64,000 nucleotides of DNA from Clostridia bacterium (GTDB lineage Bacteria > Bacillota > Clostridia > Christensenellales > UBA1242): positions 162,183 to 226,182 of the forward strand of contig JAZONM010000005.1 in NCBI GenBank assembly GCA_045654505.1, read 5' to 3'. A program made the translations under genes and the position numbers. Every line of letters starts with the position of its first letter. Position 1 is the first letter of the stretch. A model generated the notes under the pieces. That model saw only the letters and a program-made list of their open reading frames with translations, searched no databases and had not been told where the DNA came from. Positions 15,993 through 26,324 of this stretch are shown here, in pieces.

Positions 15993-18900
15993 ATGTTTGA
16001 ATTAAATAACTTAGATTCAATTCGTATCGGAATTGCCTCTCCTGAGAAGATAAGAGAGTGGAGTTATGGTGAGGTTACTAAATCCGAAACTATCAATTAC
16101 CGTACTCATAAGCCAGAGATTGGTGGACTTCTTTGCGAAAGAATTTTCGGACCAAAGAAAAACTGGGAATGTCATTGTGGCAAATACAAACGTATTCGCC
16201 ACAAAGGCGTTATTTGTGACAAATGTGGAGTAGAGGTTACTAAATCAAGCGTTAGACGTGAGAGAATGGGACATATCGAATTGGCTACACCTGTAGCACA
16301 CATTTGGTTTATGCAAAGTGTACCAAGCAGAATCGGAACACTTATCAATCTTAATGCAAAACAACTTGAAAAAGTCGTATACTACGTAAGTTATGTAGTA
16401 ATCAATCCTGCAAATTCTGGGTTTCAAAAATACCAAGTTATTACAGATGCTGAGTATCGTGAAACTATGGAAAAATACGGAGATCAAGGCTTTAAAGCAG
16501 GTATGGGTGGAGAAGCTGTAAAAGAGCTTCTTGCTGAAATCGATGTAGAAAAAGAAAGTCAAGAATTGAAGGCGCAATGCGAAAAAGCAAAAGGTCAAAA
16601 GAAAGTAAAACTTACAAAACGTCTTGAGATTTTGGAAAGCCTTCGTCGCAGTGGTAATCGTCCTGAGTGGATGGTTATGGACGTAATTCCAGTTACACCA
16701 CCTGATACTCGTCCTATGATTCAATTGGACGGTGGTCGTTTTGCTACAAGCGACATCAATGACCTATATCGTCGTATCATAAATAGAAACAATCGTCTTA
16801 AAAAATTCATTTCTATCGGTGCTCCAGAAGTTATTGTTAGAAATGAAAAGAGAATGCTTCAAGAAGCAGTAGACGCTTTGATTGAAAACGGTAAACGTGG
16901 AAAAGCTGTTCAAGGACCAAAACAACGTGAATTGAAGAGTCTTACTGCAAGTCTTAAGGGAAAACCTGGACGTTTCCGTCAAAACCTACTTGGAAAACGT
17001 GTTGACTATTCAGGTCGTTCGGTTATTGTCGTAGGACCAGAACTAAAAATGTATCAATGCGGACTTCCTAAAGAAATGGCTCTAGAACTATTTAAGCCAT
17101 TCATTATGCACAAACTTGTTGAGAGAAATCTTTCTCTAAACTTCAAAGCAGCAAAACGTATGATTGACAGTCACAAACCTGTTGTTTGGGATATCTTGGA
17201 AGAGATTATTGTCGATCACCCTGTTATGCTAAACCGTGCGCCATCTCTACACAGACTATCAATCCAAGCATTTGAACCAGTATTGGTAGAGGGTAGAGCG
17301 ATAAAACTTCACCCACTTGTTTGTGGTGGCTTTAATGCGGACTTCGACGGTGACCAAATGTCTGTCCATGTTCCACTTAGCCCAGAAGCAATCGCAGAGG
17401 CACGCGTGCTTATGCTTTCTTCAAACAATATTTTAAAACCAGCTGATGGTTATCCTATCTGTACTCCTACACAAGATATGGTACTTGGTAGTTATTATTT
17501 GACCTATGTCAAAGAAGATGCTAAGGGTGCAGGAAAACACTTTAAAGACGAAGACGAAGCTATCATGGCTTATAAATCAGGTGTTGTTGAGATTCAATCA
17601 CCTATTTATGTAAGACGTCAAGTAGAGTTTGATGGAAAATTGGTAGTTAAAAATGTTCCTACTACTGTAGGTAAAATCATATTCAACTCCAATATCCCTC
17701 AAAACATGGGTTTTGTAGACAGATTGGATGAAAAAACTGTATGTGATTATGAAATTGACTTCCTTGTTACTAAGAAAAAACTTGACGTTATTATCAGATA
17801 CTGCTTTAATGCGCTTGGCACAACAGAAACTGTAAAAATGCTAGACCATATCAAAGAGATGGGTTATAAGTATTCTACAATCGGTGCTATCACAATCAAT
17901 GTGTTTGATATGGAGATTCCAGAAGTTAAGAAAACAATTGTAGCTGATGTTGAGGCACAAGTACTTGAAAATGAAAAATATTTCCGTCGTGGATTTATTA
18001 CAGAAAATGAAAAACTTGACCGTAATATCAAGCTTTGGAAAGATGCTACAAAACAACTTGAGGGTGTGGTATTAAAACAAATGAATCCTCTAAATCCAGT
18101 GCGTATGATGGCTGAGTCTGGTGCGCGTGGTAACGTAGGACAAGTATTGCAGCTTTGCGGTATGCGTGGACTTATGAGTAATACATCTGGTCGTAAAGTT
18201 GATATTCCAGTTAAGAGTAACTTCCGTACTGGTCTTACACCTCTTGAGTACTTCATTTCTTCTCGTGGTGGACGTAAAGGTCTTGCCGATAAGGTATTGA
18301 AGACTGCTGACTCGGGTTATCTTACTCGTCGTCTTGAAGCAGTAGCTCAAGAAGTAATCGTAGTAGAAGAAGATTGTTTCAAAAACAACAATGAAAAAGT
18401 AAAAGGCCTTGTTGTTACAGCAATAGTAAAAGAGGGTACACCTGTTTGCTCGCTAAAACAACGTATTATTGGTCGTTTTACAGTAAAAGATGTGCTTGAT
18501 CCTAAGACTAAGAAAGTAATTATTCCTGCGGACACAATGGTGACTGCTGATATGGCTGACGCTGTGGAAAAAGCAGGTGTAACAGCTGTTGAGATTCGTA
18601 CAGGTCTTACTTGTAGAAGCAAACATGGTATCTGTGCTAAATGTTATGGTAAGAATATGAGTGGAAACTCTATTGTTCCTATGGGTGAAGCAGTAGGTAT
18701 CATTGCTGCTCAATCTATTGGTGAGCCAGGTACTCAGTTGACAATGCGTACATTCCACACTGGTGGTGTTGCGAATGCTGCCGATATTACACAAGGTCTT
18801 CCTCGTGTTGCGGAAATATTCGAAGCTCGTAGACCAAAGGGTGTTGCGACAGTATCCGAAGTTGCGGGTAAGGTCCAACTTAAAGAGATGCAATCTCAAA

Positions 18901-19598
18901 GCAAAGATGGTGGTAAATACTACGAAGTATTTGTTAAAAATCCAGAAGGCGATGGCCACTACATTATCCCTTACGGTGTCCAACTTAAAGTTAAGAATGG
19001 TGACATGGTAGAAGCTGGTAGTGTATTGACTGAGGGTAGTATTTATCCTAGCGACATCTTGCGTACTCGCGGTATTAGAGATGTTCAGAATTACCTACTA
19101 CAAGAGGTGTTGGCTACTTACTCTTCACAAGGTGTTGAGTTGAATACAAAACACGTTGAGATTATTATTCGTCAAATGCTTAGAAATGTAAGAATTGAGG
19201 ATAGTGGTAGTACAAATCTTCTTATGGGTGAAATTGTTGACCACAATACTTATGAAGAAGAAAATGAAAGAGTGTTGCAAGAGGGTGGAGTTCCGGCTAC
19301 TGCAAAACGTATCGTACAAGGTATAACAAAAGCAGCCCTATCCAATCCAAGTTTCCTTGCTGCAGCTGCATTCCAAGAGACTTCAAGAGTATTGACTGAT
19401 GCTGCTATTAAGGGTAAAGTAGACCGCTTAGTAGGTTTGAAAGAAAACTTGATGATTGGTAAACAAATCCCTGCTGGTACTGGTTATCACAATATCAAAA
19501 ACATCACTCCAGTAGACATTGATGAAATCAAAGAAAATGATTTGACTATGGATGAATCCACTGCAAAACTTTTTGATGACGAGTCAGATGTAATTTAA
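15993..19598 (+). CDS. rpoC: DNA-directed RNA polymerase subunit beta'
   Basis: Contains the NADFDGDQM catalytic motif and an N-terminal zinc-binding CxC..CxxC. AGGAGG SD lies 12 nt after the rpoB stop. Confidence 0.98.
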   Translation: MFELNNLDSIRIGIASPEKIREWSYGEVTKSETINYRTHKPEIGGLLCERIFGPKKNWECHCGKYKRIRHKGVICDKCGVEVTKSSVRRERMGHIELATPVAHIWFMQSVPSRIGTLINLNAKQLEKVVYYVSYVVINPANSGFQKYQVITDAEYRETMEKYGDQGFKAGMGGEAVKELLAEIDVEKESQELKAQCEKAKGQKKVKLTKRLEILESLRRSGNRPEWMVMDVIPVTPPDTRPMIQLDGGRFATSDINDLYRRIINRNNRLKKFISIGAPEVIVRNEKRMLQEAVDALIENGKRGKAVQGPKQRELKSLTASLKGKPGRFRQNLLGKRVDYSGRSVIVVGPELKMYQCGLPKEMALELFKPFIMHKLVERNLSLNFKAAKRMIDSHKPVVWDILEEIIVDHPVMLNRAPSLHRLSIQAFEPVLVEGRAIKLHPLVCGGFNADFDGDQMSVHVPLSPEAIAEARVLMLSSNNILKPADGYPICTPTQDMVLGSYYLTYVKEDAKGAGKHFKDEDEAIMAYKSGVVEIQSPIYVRRQVEFDGKLVVKNVPTTVGKIIFNSNIPQNMGFVDRLDEKTVCDYEIDFLVTKKKLDVIIRYCFNALGTTETVKMLDHIKEMGYKYSTIGAITINVFDMEIPEVKKTIVADVEAQVLENEKYFRRGFITENEKLDRNIKLWKDATKQLEGVVLKQMNPLNPVRMMAESGARGNVGQVLQLCGMRGLMSNTSGRKVDIPVKSNFRTGLTPLEYFISSRGGRKGLADKVLKTADSGYLTRRLEAVAQEVIVVEEDCFKNNNEKVKGLVVTAIVKEGTPVCSLKQRIIGRFTVKDVLDPKTKKVIIPADTMVTADMADAVEKAGVTAVEIRTGLTCRSKHGICAKCYGKNMSGNSIVPMGEAVGIIAAQSIGEPGTQLTMRTFHTGGVANAADITQGLPRVAEIFEARRPKGVATVSEVAGKVQLKEMQSQSKDGGKYYEVFVKNPEGDGHYIIPYGVQLKVKNGDMVEAGSVLTEGSIYPSDILRTRGIRDVQNYLLQEVLATYSSQGVELNTKHVEIIIRQMLRNVRIEDSGSTNLLMGEIVDHNTYEEENERVLQEGGVPATAKRIVQGITKAALSNPSFLAAAAFQETSRVLTDAAIKGKVDRLVGLKENLMIGKQIPAGTGYHNIKNITPVDIDEIKENDLTMDESTAKLFDDESDVI

Positions 19599-19641
19599 TA
19601 ATGATATTTAAGACTTTTATTAGGATATAAATATTAGCAAA

Positions 19642-19676
19642 GGAAAAGGGCAGTAAATGTCCTTTTTCTTTTTTTA
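19642..19676 (+). terminator. Rho-independent terminator after rpoC
   Basis: Imperfect stem ggaaaagggca / tgtcctttttc (includes G-U pairs) followed by a T-run. Confidence 0.6.
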
Positions 19677-19831
19677 TGTTGGGGATTGGTAAGATATAAT
19701 TTCTAAGAAATAGTGTCTTAATAGTGCAATAAAAAAGTCCAAAAATATTATTGAATATTTGAAATAGTTATGATTAAATAACCGCTTTTTAAAGGGATAA
19801 AATAAATATCAAAAAAATTTAAATTTGGGTA

Positions 19832-19860
19832 TTTACAAATGGCAAAATGTGTTGTATAAT
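19832..19860 (+). promoter_or_regulatory. Promoter of orphan gene A
   Basis: TTTACA(AA) at 19832-19837, exactly 17 nt, TATAAT at 19855-19860. Confidence 0.6.
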
Positions 19861-19885
19861 AGGTCAAAGTTAAGTGAGGTGTTTT

Positions 19886-20590
19886 ATGAAAAACGTAAAG
19901 AACGTAAAAAATGAAGGACTAAAACTTAGAGAGTTTGAAATACTACTTCGTATGATTGCTGGTGGTAAATTGGAAGAGCCGTTTGTAGACAATAGTATAC
20001 TTATACTTCCTTCAGATGAAAAAGGAAACATAACAGGTCTTCCATGGTCTGTTTCAGAATTAAAACGCTACAATGCTATAATATTAAACGATTCTCATGT
20101 TAGAAATATTAATATTCTAGAAGATATAATTAGCAAAAATGAAAAAGACGCCATAACAAAAGCAAAAAAACTATATATGAATGGTAAATATGAAGATCTT
20201 TGGAGATTACTTGTAGGTAGAATTGAGTATCAAAATAATCGAATCAAAGGTATATTTAAGGGTGTTGTGAAAAAAGAGCACAAACAAACTTATATAAATT
20301 ATAATAATTTTAAATGGTGTGAAGAACAAGCAAAGAAAACAGGAAATAGATTAGGACACAAAACCAATATTACAATCCTTTCAATGCTCGACGTTTCGGA
20401 AACATGCTTGCTTTTGGCTAAAGAAGCAAATATTGTATTGACTGAAGAAAAAAAATACGACAATTATTCTAGGAATCAAAACAGGTCTAGTGGAAAAGCA
20501 GCAGCAAAAGTTATAGGTGGCGCAAAGAAAGGTTCAGTTGAAAGTGTGAATACTTCTGTAGTAAGAGTATCAGAAGGAAGAGAAAAATAA
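19886..20590 (+). CDS. Hypothetical protein (orphan A, 234 aa)
   Basis: ATG at 19886 follows GTGAGGTG. The listed ORF start 19874 is a GTG inside that SD. It has its own promoter and terminator. No catalytic or nucleotide-binding motif recognised. Confidence 0.7.
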   Translation: MKNVKNVKNEGLKLREFEILLRMIAGGKLEEPFVDNSILILPSDEKGNITGLPWSVSELKRYNAIILNDSHVRNINILEDIISKNEKDAITKAKKLYMNGKYEDLWRLLVGRIEYQNNRIKGIFKGVVKKEHKQTYINYNNFKWCEEQAKKTGNRLGHKTNITILSMLDVSETCLLLAKEANIVLTEEKKYDNYSRNQNRSSGKAAAKVIGGAKKGSVESVNTSVVRVSEGREK

Positions 20591-20617
20591 AAAGTAGGGG
20601 ATCCCTACTTTTTTTTG
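20591..20617 (+). terminator. Terminator of orphan A
   Basis: Stem aaagtaggg / ccctacttt with a short loop, then T7. Confidence 0.8.
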
Positions 20618-20709
20618 TGATATTATGATAGTGGTTTTGTAGGTCGTAAAAAGATAATCGATCTTAAAAAAACCCCTAAAACTTGGGGAAAAATAAATGC
20701 AAATATGTA

Positions 20710-20738
20710 TTTACAAACACTCTAAAATATGGTATAAT
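20710..20738 (+). promoter_or_regulatory. Promoter of orphan gene B
   Basis: TTTACA(AA) at 20710-20715, 17 nt, TATAAT at 20733-20738 (preceded by tgg). Confidence 0.6.
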
Positions 20739-20770
20739 AAACTTGTGAAATAAAGGAGGAATCCTAATTT

Positions 20771-21739
20771 ATGACAACAAATAGAGATTTGTATGAAAAA
20801 AGTTTAAAACGTATATATTCATTATCTACGCGTCAACTTAATATGGCGTATATTACATGGTCATATATGCTTATGGGTTATGAAATTAAAGAGGTTAATG
20901 AAGATCTTCATACTTTTACAATGATAAACAACAGCCTTAAAGGACCGGATGCTATAAGAGTGCTTAATTACAGTGCGTCAAAAACAATTAGTCTTAAAGC
21001 AAATTTAATGACACTTCAAAACGATATTGAAAAGTTTTATATAGGTGAAGTTAATAAAGGTGTAAGTGCTAGACTTCTTGGCGGTTTTGTGAGAAGAACT
21101 TCAATCAATGATGTTACGAAATATAACGATATATTAAAAGAGACTGCAAAGTGGCTTTACACATATAATAAGGCAGTTGCACATTCAAGTGAAGAAACTA
21201 TTACACAATCACTAAAAATTAGGGATGAAATGGATGACAATCTTGTAGGTAGTCGAATTCTTGATCTTATTAGTGATGTGTATAATGTAAATTCAAAACA
21301 CATGGAGACATTGCTTTCACACAATACTAAAGCGCGACCTTGCAATATTATGAAAAATTCAGATACTACATATTCATATATTTATGAAGGAGTTCCGGCT
21401 ATCATTTCTGCTAATAGTGAAGAAGAAGCGGAATATAAAATTAACCAACAATATATTTCTTCTAGCATGAAAAAGTGGGATAGACACAATAGTGTTGTTG
21501 TCTTGGATGAGGATGAAAGTTCTTTAGAAGGAGATGGTGGAATTAAGTCAGATGCTATCGGAAGTAATACTCATTTGCATGGAGAAAAAAACAATACCGA
21601 ACAAAATTTTGGATATAAAATAAAAGTTGAGCCATTCGGTCCAAGTATCAATGAAAAAAATGAAATCGTTTATGACGAAAACAGAGGACAACAATACTTT
21701 GATTTCTTCAGCAATACACATGAAAAAGGTGGGAAATAA
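20771..21739 (+). CDS. Hypothetical protein (orphan B, 322 aa)
   Basis: AAGGAGGA SD lies 8-9 nt upstream of the ATG. It has its own promoter and terminator. No recognisable motif. Confidence 0.75.
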   Translation: MTTNRDLYEKSLKRIYSLSTRQLNMAYITWSYMLMGYEIKEVNEDLHTFTMINNSLKGPDAIRVLNYSASKTISLKANLMTLQNDIEKFYIGEVNKGVSARLLGGFVRRTSINDVTKYNDILKETAKWLYTYNKAVAHSSEETITQSLKIRDEMDDNLVGSRILDLISDVYNVNSKHMETLLSHNTKARPCNIMKNSDTTYSYIYEGVPAIISANSEEEAEYKINQQYISSSMKKWDRHNSVVVLDEDESSLEGDGGIKSDAIGSNTHLHGEKNNTEQNFGYKIKVEPFGPSINEKNEIVYDENRGQQYFDFFSNTHEKGGK

Positions 21740-21741
21740 TA

Positions 21742-21769
21742 AAAAGACGAGGAATACTCGTCTTTTTTT
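21742..21769 (+). terminator. Terminator of orphan B
   Basis: Stem aagacgag, loop gaata, stem ctcgtctt, then T7. Confidence 0.85.
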
Positions 21770-21872
21770 GTTGTTTGAGTGTTGAAACTGGAAAGTGTGC
21801 TGTCAGAATTGGATTGTAATGCAGTTTTAAAAAAAAGATATGAAAAAATAGCAAAATTTTGTCATAGAAAAT

Positions 21873-21901
21873 TTTACAAAAGGTATTTTTTGTGATAAAC
21901 T
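21873..21901 (+). promoter_or_regulatory. Promoter of the HicB-like gene
   Basis: TTTACA(AA) at 21873-21878, 17 nt, TAAACT at 21896-21901 with a TGa extended -10. Confidence 0.5.
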
Positions 21902-21929
21902 ACTAAAAATAATGGGAAATGGAGAAACT

Positions 21930-22190
21930 ATGAGAGCATATGTATATCCCGCAGTTTTGTATAAAGACGAAGAAGTGGGTGGTTTTACAATTGCAATATT
22001 TGATTTGTCCTTGTTTAATGAAGGGGACACCGTAGAAGAGGCACACAAAACCATGCAAAGTATGCTTGTGTCATATGTGGAGACATGTCTAAAATACGGT
22101 ATCGAATTACCGCCTCCAAGTGATTTTAATAAAGTAATAGAGGCCAATCCTAAAAATCTATGTATTTTGGTAGAAGCTCAAGTAAAATAA
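21930..22190 (+). CDS. HicB-like (UPF0150 family) antitoxin-domain protein, stand-alone, 86 aa
   Basis: MRAYVYPAVLYKDEEVGGFTIAIFDL..GDTVEEAHKTMQ..L...G.ELPPPS matches the HicB N-terminal domain pattern as I recall it. GGAG lies 6 nt before ATG 21930; the listed ORF starts at 21912. Confidence 0.6.
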   Translation: MRAYVYPAVLYKDEEVGGFTIAIFDLSLFNEGDTVEEAHKTMQSMLVSYVETCLKYGIELPPPSDFNKVIEANPKNLCILVEAQVK

Positions 22191-22214
22191 AGACCTAAAA
22201 CATGGTCTTTTTTA
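22191..22214 (+). terminator. Terminator of the HicB-like gene
   Basis: Short stem agacc / ggtct followed by T6. Weak but correctly placed. Confidence 0.5.
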
Positions 22215-22233
22215 TTTTATAAAATATTGGGTA

Positions 22234-22262
22234 TTGACACTCAATAATTTTCATTTTATAAT
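22234..22262 (+). promoter_or_regulatory. Promoter of orphan gene D
   Basis: TTGACA at 22234-22239, 17 nt, TATAAT at 22257-22262. Confidence 0.6.
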
Positions 22263-22291
22263 AAAATTAGATAAAAAGAGGGTGGACAAAT

Positions 22292-22957
22292 ATGTTTAAA
22301 AGTAATGAGTATTGGGACTATCTTTGCAAATATACAGAAGAAGAGTTGGGGAAAATAAAATCAATTTATCAAGCAGATATTTATTCTGACAAAATTTCAC
22401 TACCTTTTTCAGTGTGGAAATTTGATAGGAAATTGGATGATATGCTTACAAATGCGACTGTTTTGATTGGTCCTGAGATTGTTGATAAGTTTACTGAAAA
22501 ATATGGTGAGTCGGTATTGAATGTGTACGAATACGGATATCTTATGAAAAAGACATTGGACTACATGACCAAAAGTCATGCAGTTGTGAAAAATGGTGAT
22601 TTAGTAGAGCCATTTTATGTGCATGCTATACGTACGCTTGGTAAGGATTTTAGGCCATTTTTAGATTCCGTAACAGAAACGAGATGCAAATATGTAGACG
22701 CAAATGGCGATATCCTTGCACAAATCATGCTAAAAAGTGATTTGCGTGCAAATAGCATTGCGCTTGATGCAATAAAAAAATATCCTGAAGGCGTATATCA
22801 TGTCAATAAAAGCGGAGAGATGCTTATCAATACTGCACTTAGAGCATTCCGCGAAAAAGATGGTGATGAAGGATATAGATTTGCAAATAAAGTGAACAAA
22901 ATTACACCAATAGTAAGAGTAAATACCCAAGGAGCAAGTAAAACAGCAGGTAAATAA
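22292..22957 (+). CDS. Hypothetical protein (orphan D, 221 aa)
   Basis: GAGGGTGG SD upstream of the ATG. It has its own promoter and terminator. No recognisable motif. Confidence 0.7.
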   Translation: MFKSNEYWDYLCKYTEEELGKIKSIYQADIYSDKISLPFSVWKFDRKLDDMLTNATVLIGPEIVDKFTEKYGESVLNVYEYGYLMKKTLDYMTKSHAVVKNGDLVEPFYVHAIRTLGKDFRPFLDSVTETRCKYVDANGDILAQIMLKSDLRANSIALDAIKKYPEGVYHVNKSGEMLINTALRAFREKDGDEGYRFANKVNKITPIVRVNTQGASKTAGK

Positions 22958-22966
22958 ATATAAAAG

Positions 22967-22988
22967 CCACAGTAGTCTGTGGTTTTTT
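22967..22988 (+). terminator. Terminator of orphan D
   Basis: Stem ccacag, loop tagt, stem ctgtgg, then T6. Confidence 0.7.
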
Positions 22989-23095
22989 GTTTTTGATGAC
23001 AAAGTGCGTTTTAAATGCTCTAATATTCGTGTATTGAATTGGGGTAGTTAATATATGAAATATATTATAATTGCGAAAATAAAAATAAAAAAACG

Positions 23096-23124
23096 TTGAC
23101 ATGGGGATTTTTATTTGATACACT
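23096..23124 (+). promoter_or_regulatory. Promoter of the rpsL-rpsG-fusA-tuf operon
   Basis: TTGACA at 23096-23101, 17 nt, TACACT at 23119-23124 with a TGa extended -10. It is followed by a ~185-nt leader with several hairpins. Confidence 0.55.
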
Positions 23125-23307
23125 ATATGGCGTATTATAGTATGGTGTTTTTTTGTGTGCAATTTTCAAAATTACGCCATTAGAAAACCTCTTTGGTGTG
23201 AAAGGAGATTTTCTAAGCCCTCGTATTATAATGTATTGTGTTAGAGGGTATTTTTGAGGAAAATATGGGTTGATGTTTTTCTCAGTAATAATTTAGGAGG
23301 GTTTAGG

Positions 23308-23679
23308 ATGCCAACAATCAATCAATTAGTAAATCAAGGCAGAAAGAAAATCGCAGTTAAATCTAATGTTCCTATTTTGGAAGAAAACCCACAAAAAAGA
23401 GGTGTTTGCCTAAGCGTAACTACCACTTCTCCTAAAAAACCAAACTCTGCTCTTCGTAAAATCGCGAGAGTTAGACTAAGCAACGGTGAAGAAGGTACTG
23501 TATACATTCCAGGCGAAGGACACAACTTGCAAGAGCACAGCGTAGTGCTTATCCGTGGTGGTAGAGTTAGAGATTTACCAGGTGTACGTTATCACATTAT
23601 CCGTGGTACTCTTGATGCTGCTGGTGTTGCTAAGAGAAAACAATCTCGTAGTAAATACGGTGCTAAAAAAGGTAAATAA
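23308..23679 (+). CDS. rpsL: 30S ribosomal protein S12
   Basis: [23 protein letters not shown] lies 8 nt upstream of ATG 23308. The listed ORF start 23254 is an upstream in-frame extension. Confidence 0.97.
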   Translation: MPTINQLVNQGRKKIAVKSNVPILEENPQKRGVCLSVTTTSPKKPNSALRKIARVRLSNGEEGTVYIPGEGHNLQEHSVVLIRGGRVRDLPGVRYHIIRGTLDAAGVAKRKQSRSKYGAKKGK

Positions 23680-23723
23680 AAAATTTTAAAAACAAATAAT
23701 TAAATATTGAAGGAGATACAATT

Positions 23724-24194
23724 ATGCCAAGAAGAGGTGGCGTACCTAAGAGAGATGTACTTCCTGATCCACGTTATGGTGATAAAGTAGTAACAAAAGT
23801 TATCAATCAAGTAATGTTGGATGGTAAGAAGGCTATCGCTCAAAGAATAGTGTACAATGCATTTGATATTATCAAAGAAAAACTTGGTGTTGAGCCTCAC
23901 GATTACTTTACTCAAGCTCTTAATAATCTAAAACCTATGCTTGAGACTAAAGCTCGCCGTGTAGGTGGAAGCAACTATCAAGTTCCGCTAGAAGTTAGTC
24001 CTGTAAGACAACAAACTCTAGCAATACGTTGGCTAGTAAAATACGCTCGTTTGCGTAGTGAAAAAGATATGGATCAAAAACTAGCTGCAGAAATTATCGA
24101 CGCCTACAATAGTACAGGTGGCGCATATAAAAAGAAAGACGATACGCATAGAATGGCTGAAAGTAATAAGGCATTTGCGCATTATCGTTGGTAG
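23724..24194 (+). CDS. rpsG: 30S ribosomal protein S7
   Basis: [13 protein letters not shown]..; conserved S7 sequence of 156 aa. Confidence 0.97.
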   Translation: MPRRGGVPKRDVLPDPRYGDKVVTKVINQVMLDGKKAIAQRIVYNAFDIIKEKLGVEPHDYFTQALNNLKPMLETKARRVGGSNYQVPLEVSPVRQQTLAIRWLVKYARLRSEKDMDQKLAAEIIDAYNSTGGAYKKKDDTHRMAESNKAFAHYRW

Positions 24195-24212
24195 AAAAGG
24201 GGAAAAGATATT

Positions 24213-26285
24213 ATGTCTAGAAGCACTCCACTAAACCTACTACGCAACGTAGGTATTATGGCTCACATAGATGCTGGTAAAACAACTACTACTGAACGTA
24301 TTTTGTTTTACACTGGTAAGACTCACAAAATAGGTGAGACTCACGAGGGTACAGCGACTATGGACTGGATGGCACAAGAGCAAGAGAGAGGTATCACAAT
24401 TACTTCTGCTGCTACTACTTGCTACTGGAAAGACCATCAAATCAATATTATCGATACTCCTGGACACGTTGACTTTACAGCAGAGGTAGAGAGAAGTCTT
24501 AAAGTACTAGACGGATCAGTAGCTGTATTTAGTGCACGTGAAGGTGTTCAAGCTCAATCTGAGAAAGTTTGGCGTCAAGCTGACAAATACAACGTTCCTC
24601 GTATGATATTTGTCAATAAAATGGACAGACCAGATGCCAATTTCTTGAGAGTTGTTGAGAAAATTAAAGAAAGACTTGGAAGTAATGCTGTTCCTATCCA
24701 ACTTCCAATCGGTCAAGCAGAAGACTTTAAAGGTATCATTGACCTTGTAGAAAACAAAGCATATATCTACAACAATGACCTTGGTACTGACATTCAAGTT
24801 ACTGATATTCCTGCTGAGTTTAAGGCAGACGCAGAAAAATATCGTAATGCTATGATTGAAGCTGCTGCAGAACAAGATGATGAATTATTGGAGAAATACT
24901 TCTCTGGTGAAGAACTTACAATTGAGGAAATCAAAAGAGGTCTAAGAAAGGGTACACTTTCTATGAATATTTTCCCTGCTACTTGTGGTTCGGCTCTTGC
25001 TAATAAGGGTGTTCAAAAACTTCTTGATGCTGTCGTAGATTTCATGCCGGCACCTACAGATATTCCTGCTATTAAAGGAACAAAACCTGATACAGATATT
25101 GAAATCGAGAGACATCCAAGCGACGACGAGCCATTTGCTGGTCTTGCATTCAAAATCATGACAGACCCATTCGTAGGTCGTTTGACATTCTTCCGTATCT
25201 ATAGTGGTAAGATTACTGCTGGTAGTTATGTATACAACTCAAACAAAGAAAAGAAAGAGAGAGTAGGACGTCTTATCCGTATGCATGCTAATAATCGTCA
25301 AGAGATTGAGGAAGCATATGCGGGCGAAATCGTAGCTATCGTAGGTCTTAAAGATACTACTACTGGTGAGACTCTATGTGACCAAGCCAATCCTGTTGTG
25401 CTTGAAAGTATGGATTTCCCAGAGCCAGTTATTAAAGTAGCTATCGAGCCTAAGACAAAACTTAGCCAAGAGAAAATGATTTTGGCTTTAGTAAAACTAG
25501 CTGAAGAAGACCCTACATTCAAGACTTACACTGACCAAGAAACTGGTCAAACAATTATCGCAGGTATGGGTGAGCTTCACCTTGAGATTATTGTAGATAG
25601 ATTGCTTAGAGAGTTTAAGGTAGAGGCCAATGTTGGTGCTCCACAAGTTGCTTACCGTGAGACTATCAGAAAAGAAGTTGAGGTCGAGGGTAAGTATATC
25701 AAACAATCTGGTGGTCGTGGACAATATGGTCACTGTTGGGTTAGACTTGCACCTCTTCCAGCCGGAACAGGTTATAAGTTTGAAAACAAAATTGTTGGTG
25801 GTGTTATTCCTAAAGAATACATTCCAGCTATCGATAATGGTATTCAAGAAGCATGTCAAAATGGTGTACTTGCTGGATTTGAAACCGTTGACTTTATGGT
25901 AACTGTTTTCGATGGTTCGTATCACGATGTGGACTCATCCGAAATGGCATATAAAATTGCAGGCTCTATGGCATTCAAAGAGGGTGCTAAAAAAGCCGAC
26001 CCAGTTTTGCTTGAACCTATTATGAAGGTACAAGTAGAAATGCCTGACGAATACCTAGGCGATGTTATGGGCAACATCAACCGTCGTCGTGGTATCCTTA
26101 GTGGTACAGAAGTCAGAAACGGTGCGCAAATTATCAATGCTGAGGTTCCTCTAGGAGAGATGTTTGGTTATGCGACAGATCTTCGTGGAATGACCCAAGG
26201 TAGAGGTAATTTCAATATGGAATTCTCTCACTATGCAGAAGTTCCAAGAAATATCGCTGACAAAATTATCGGTGATAGAAAATAG
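24213..26285 (+). CDS. fusA: Elongation factor G
   Basis: GTPase motifs [14 protein letters not shown] and NKMD; 690 aa. Confidence 0.97.
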   Translation: MSRSTPLNLLRNVGIMAHIDAGKTTTTERILFYTGKTHKIGETHEGTATMDWMAQEQERGITITSAATTCYWKDHQINIIDTPGHVDFTAEVERSLKVLDGSVAVFSAREGVQAQSEKVWRQADKYNVPRMIFVNKMDRPDANFLRVVEKIKERLGSNAVPIQLPIGQAEDFKGIIDLVENKAYIYNNDLGTDIQVTDIPAEFKADAEKYRNAMIEAAAEQDDELLEKYFSGEELTIEEIKRGLRKGTLSMNIFPATCGSALANKGVQKLLDAVVDFMPAPTDIPAIKGTKPDTDIEIERHPSDDEPFAGLAFKIMTDPFVGRLTFFRIYSGKITAGSYVYNSNKEKKERVGRLIRMHANNRQEIEEAYAGEIVAIVGLKDTTTGETLCDQANPVVLESMDFPEPVIKVAIEPKTKLSQEKMILALVKLAEEDPTFKTYTDQETGQTIIAGMGELHLEIIVDRLLREFKVEANVGAPQVAYRETIRKEVEVEGKYIKQSGGRGQYGHCWVRLAPLPAGTGYKFENKIVGGVIPKEYIPAIDNGIQEACQNGVLAGFETVDFMVTVFDGSYHDVDSSEMAYKIAGSMAFKEGAKKADPVLLEPIMKVQVEMPDEYLGDVMGNINRRRGILSGTEVRNGAQIINAEVPLGEMFGYATDLRGMTQGRGNFNMEFSHYAEVPRNIADKIIGDRK

Positions 26286-26324
26286 CTAATATTTATAAAA
26301 AATAATTTAGGAGGATAATAAATA

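Noticed and set aside
16245-18983. Long antisense ORFs inside rpoC (159 aa at 16245-16724; 176 aa at 18453-18983; 130 aa at 17864-18256).
   Set aside because: They lie antisense to an unquestionable conserved gene and have no translation signals. They are typical AT-rich shadow frames.
21827-22147. 106-aa minus-strand ORF overlapping the HicB-like gene.
   Set aside because: The plus-strand frame has a promoter, an SD, a terminator and a family-like sequence. The minus frame has none of these.
23254-23307. N-terminally extended ORF starts given by the track: rpsL 23254, rplK 33442, nusG 32657, permease 31175, TM2 gene 57260, orphan A 19874, PRC-barrel 52983 and the 313-aa orphan 30216.
   Set aside because: In each case a downstream ATG has a properly spaced GGAG-type SD and matches the conserved N-terminus of the family. 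The extensions overlap terminators, SDs or upstream genes.
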